DNA of 63,516 bases, the filler included, from Circinaria calcarea (Eukaryota): assembly GCA_051942165.1 (NCBI GenBank). It is 13 parts of 13 records of this genome, joined end to end, with 100 filler letters (N's around TTAATTAATTAA, not from the genome) between each part and the next. Parts side by side here need not be neighbours in the genome. Positions count along the whole stretch, not along the records: positions 58,737 to 63,516 come from JAVECS010002184.1; 12 more parts are not named here. One strand, 5' to 3'. Positions 61,920 to 63,516 of this stretch are shown here, in pieces (the first letter of the stretch is position 1; every line of letters begins with the position of its first letter). The notes under the pieces are model-generated. The model did not search any database, had not been told where the DNA came from, and was given only the letters and a program-made list of their open reading frames with translations. A program made the position numbers and the translations under genes.

Positions 61920-63122
61920 ATGTCCAAGATCGAAAAGACCATTGCGCGCCAGAAAGAGAAGTATTCCTCCCAACTCCCCACCTTTGGCGTTCCCCTCCAT
62001 TAATCGTCCTTTAATCAATCCCCCAGTCCGCTGACCCTTCGCCCAGAATCGCCGAAGGCCAATTCTATGAAGCTCACCAACAGCTCCGCGTTGTCGCCTC
62101 CCGCTACGTAAAGTCGTCGAATTGGGATGCAGCGATCGATATTCTATATGGCGGTGCTCTAGCACTCCTCAAAGCGGGGCAGGGAGGTAGTGGTGGAGAT
62201 TTGGGCCTGTATCTCTTGGAGGTCTATGGGAAGGCAGAGATTGGTGTGGATGCAGGAAGTAAAGGTGCGTTACCGCCAGGAGGGATGTCGGATTGGGTGG
62301 GGACAGCAGGATAATGGGCTAATGCTGGACTTGGCCCGTTAGGTAAACTGCTGGCATTACTCAGAGCCTTCCCACCCGAAGAGCCCACAAAGAAGAGATT
62401 CGTCGGGGAGATGATTGCATGGTCGTCTCAATTTGGAGAGTATCCAAATGGCGATCCAGAATTACACCATGTAGCTGGGACGTTGTATGCTGAAGGTGTG
62501 AAGTTCTTAGGTTTGCAAGTGTTCAACTCATACTGACTACATAGATGCCGAACCTTACGAAGCAGAGCGCCACCTAGCTCTAGGTAATAAAGACTCCCCC
62601 GAGCAACTGGCTCGCGTCGAGTACGACTGGTACATGCAGGACGACTCCCACACCGCCGCTCTGTATGCCGCCCGCGCAATTTTCCCATACCTCTTGACCG
62701 GTAATCTCCGCTCCGCTAACAAAGCCCATCTGATCTTCACCTCCCGTCTTAGCGCCTCCAACAAATCCCTCACGGTCCAGGAAGTCAGCGGCAAAAGCTC
62801 CGACGTCCGCGTCTATCCTTCTCTTCCCCTCCTCAACTTTCTTGGTCTCCTGCTCTTAGCTATACAGCGAGGCAGCGCGGATCTGTACCGGCAGCTGGCG
62901 AAGCACTATGCCCCGCACATCAAGGAGGTGGGGATATGGGACGATGCGCTGGCGCAAATCGGAGAGCAATATTTTGGTATCAAAATTCCGCGACAGGGTA
63001 ACCCGCTTTTTGACATGATGGGAAGTATGTTGTTCGGTGGTGGCGGAGCTTCTCCAAAACCAGAGAAGGCGAAGCCGAAGAAGGTTGAGGAACCAGCACC
63101 GCCGGTTGTAGATCTGGATTAG
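61920..63122 (+). CDS. GET4: Golgi-to-ER traffic protein Get4, 3 introns
   Basis: MSKIEKTIARQKEK|IAEGQFYEAHQQLRVVASRYVK, GQGGSGGDL, GEYPNGDPELHHVAG, IGEQYFGIKIPRQGNPLFDMMGSM. Confidence 0.93.
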
Positions 63123-63228
63123 AGGTAGACAGCGACGTTACGAAGTATACAAATCCGTTATCCTCCTTGGATACACATTCACATTCACCGTTTTCCATGG
63201 ATCAGTAGCAAACGCTGTTGGGAACCTC

Positions 63229-63516
63229 TTATCCACCAGTCCCAGACTCCGCTTCAAACATCCACTTATCATCTTCCAAACTCTCCACCTTCCGTCGCAG
63301 ACTCGATCGAATCGCCGCATGTAGCTCTGCCCAAATCTTAGCTCAGCTTCTCCGCCCACCCCATCCAGCGCCAAGGACTTTTGGACTTACCAGCCGGATC
63401 CCCGACATTATGATTCCGATTCCTCAACATCTCCAACAACCTCTCCTCCAGCTCTACCCCGGCCAAAAACACAACCGTCAGCAAATCCGGCCCCTGACCT
63501 CCCCCAATTCCCCACC
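63229..63516 (-). CDS. 3' end of an unidentified spliced gene (5'-truncated)
   Basis: ...LEERLLEMLRNRNHNVGDPA, then a GTAAGT..GCTAA..CAG intron, then ELHAAIRSSLRRKVESLEDDKWMFEAESGTGG*. Confidence 0.55.

Noticed and set aside
1..63516. A multi-gene system linking the nuclease, methyltransferase, NLR and transposon (restriction-modification or defence-island-like)
   Set aside because: These genes lie on different contigs that are adjacent only because of length sorting.

Overview
This is eukaryotic (filamentous ascomycete, Pezizomycotina-like) DNA and not one continuous locus. It consists of 13 unrelated contigs of about 4.8 kb, sorted by decreasing length (4801 to 4780 bp) and joined by artificial 100-nt N/TTAATTAATTAA/N linkers, so neighbourhoods across linkers carry no meaning. 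Most contigs hold intron-containing housekeeping genes: Snt2-like, sulfate permease, Sec61, Vma13, Dis3/Rrp44, Leu5-like carrier, MT-A70 methyltransferase, Atp25, Spt10, Sls1-like, cyclin, Lcb3, Nop53, Rnh203, Rai1 and Get4. Contig 2 is AT-rich mitochondrial-type DNA with nad1, unassigned degenerate ORFs and dispersed repeats. Accessory content includes an apparently intact pogo/Fot1-type transposon inserted in an ERG28-like pseudogene, a 169-bp solo LTR with a 5-bp target-site duplication, a hydrolase-NACHT (NLR-like) gene with a homopolymer frameshift and a QPEDx repeat tail, and a secreted DUF1524/HNH nuclease. Two large uncharacterised proteins of about 770-820 aa appear to share a Cys-rich C-terminal architecture. 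I cannot demonstrate a new multi-gene system. All product calls come from recognising motifs by eye, not from database searches.
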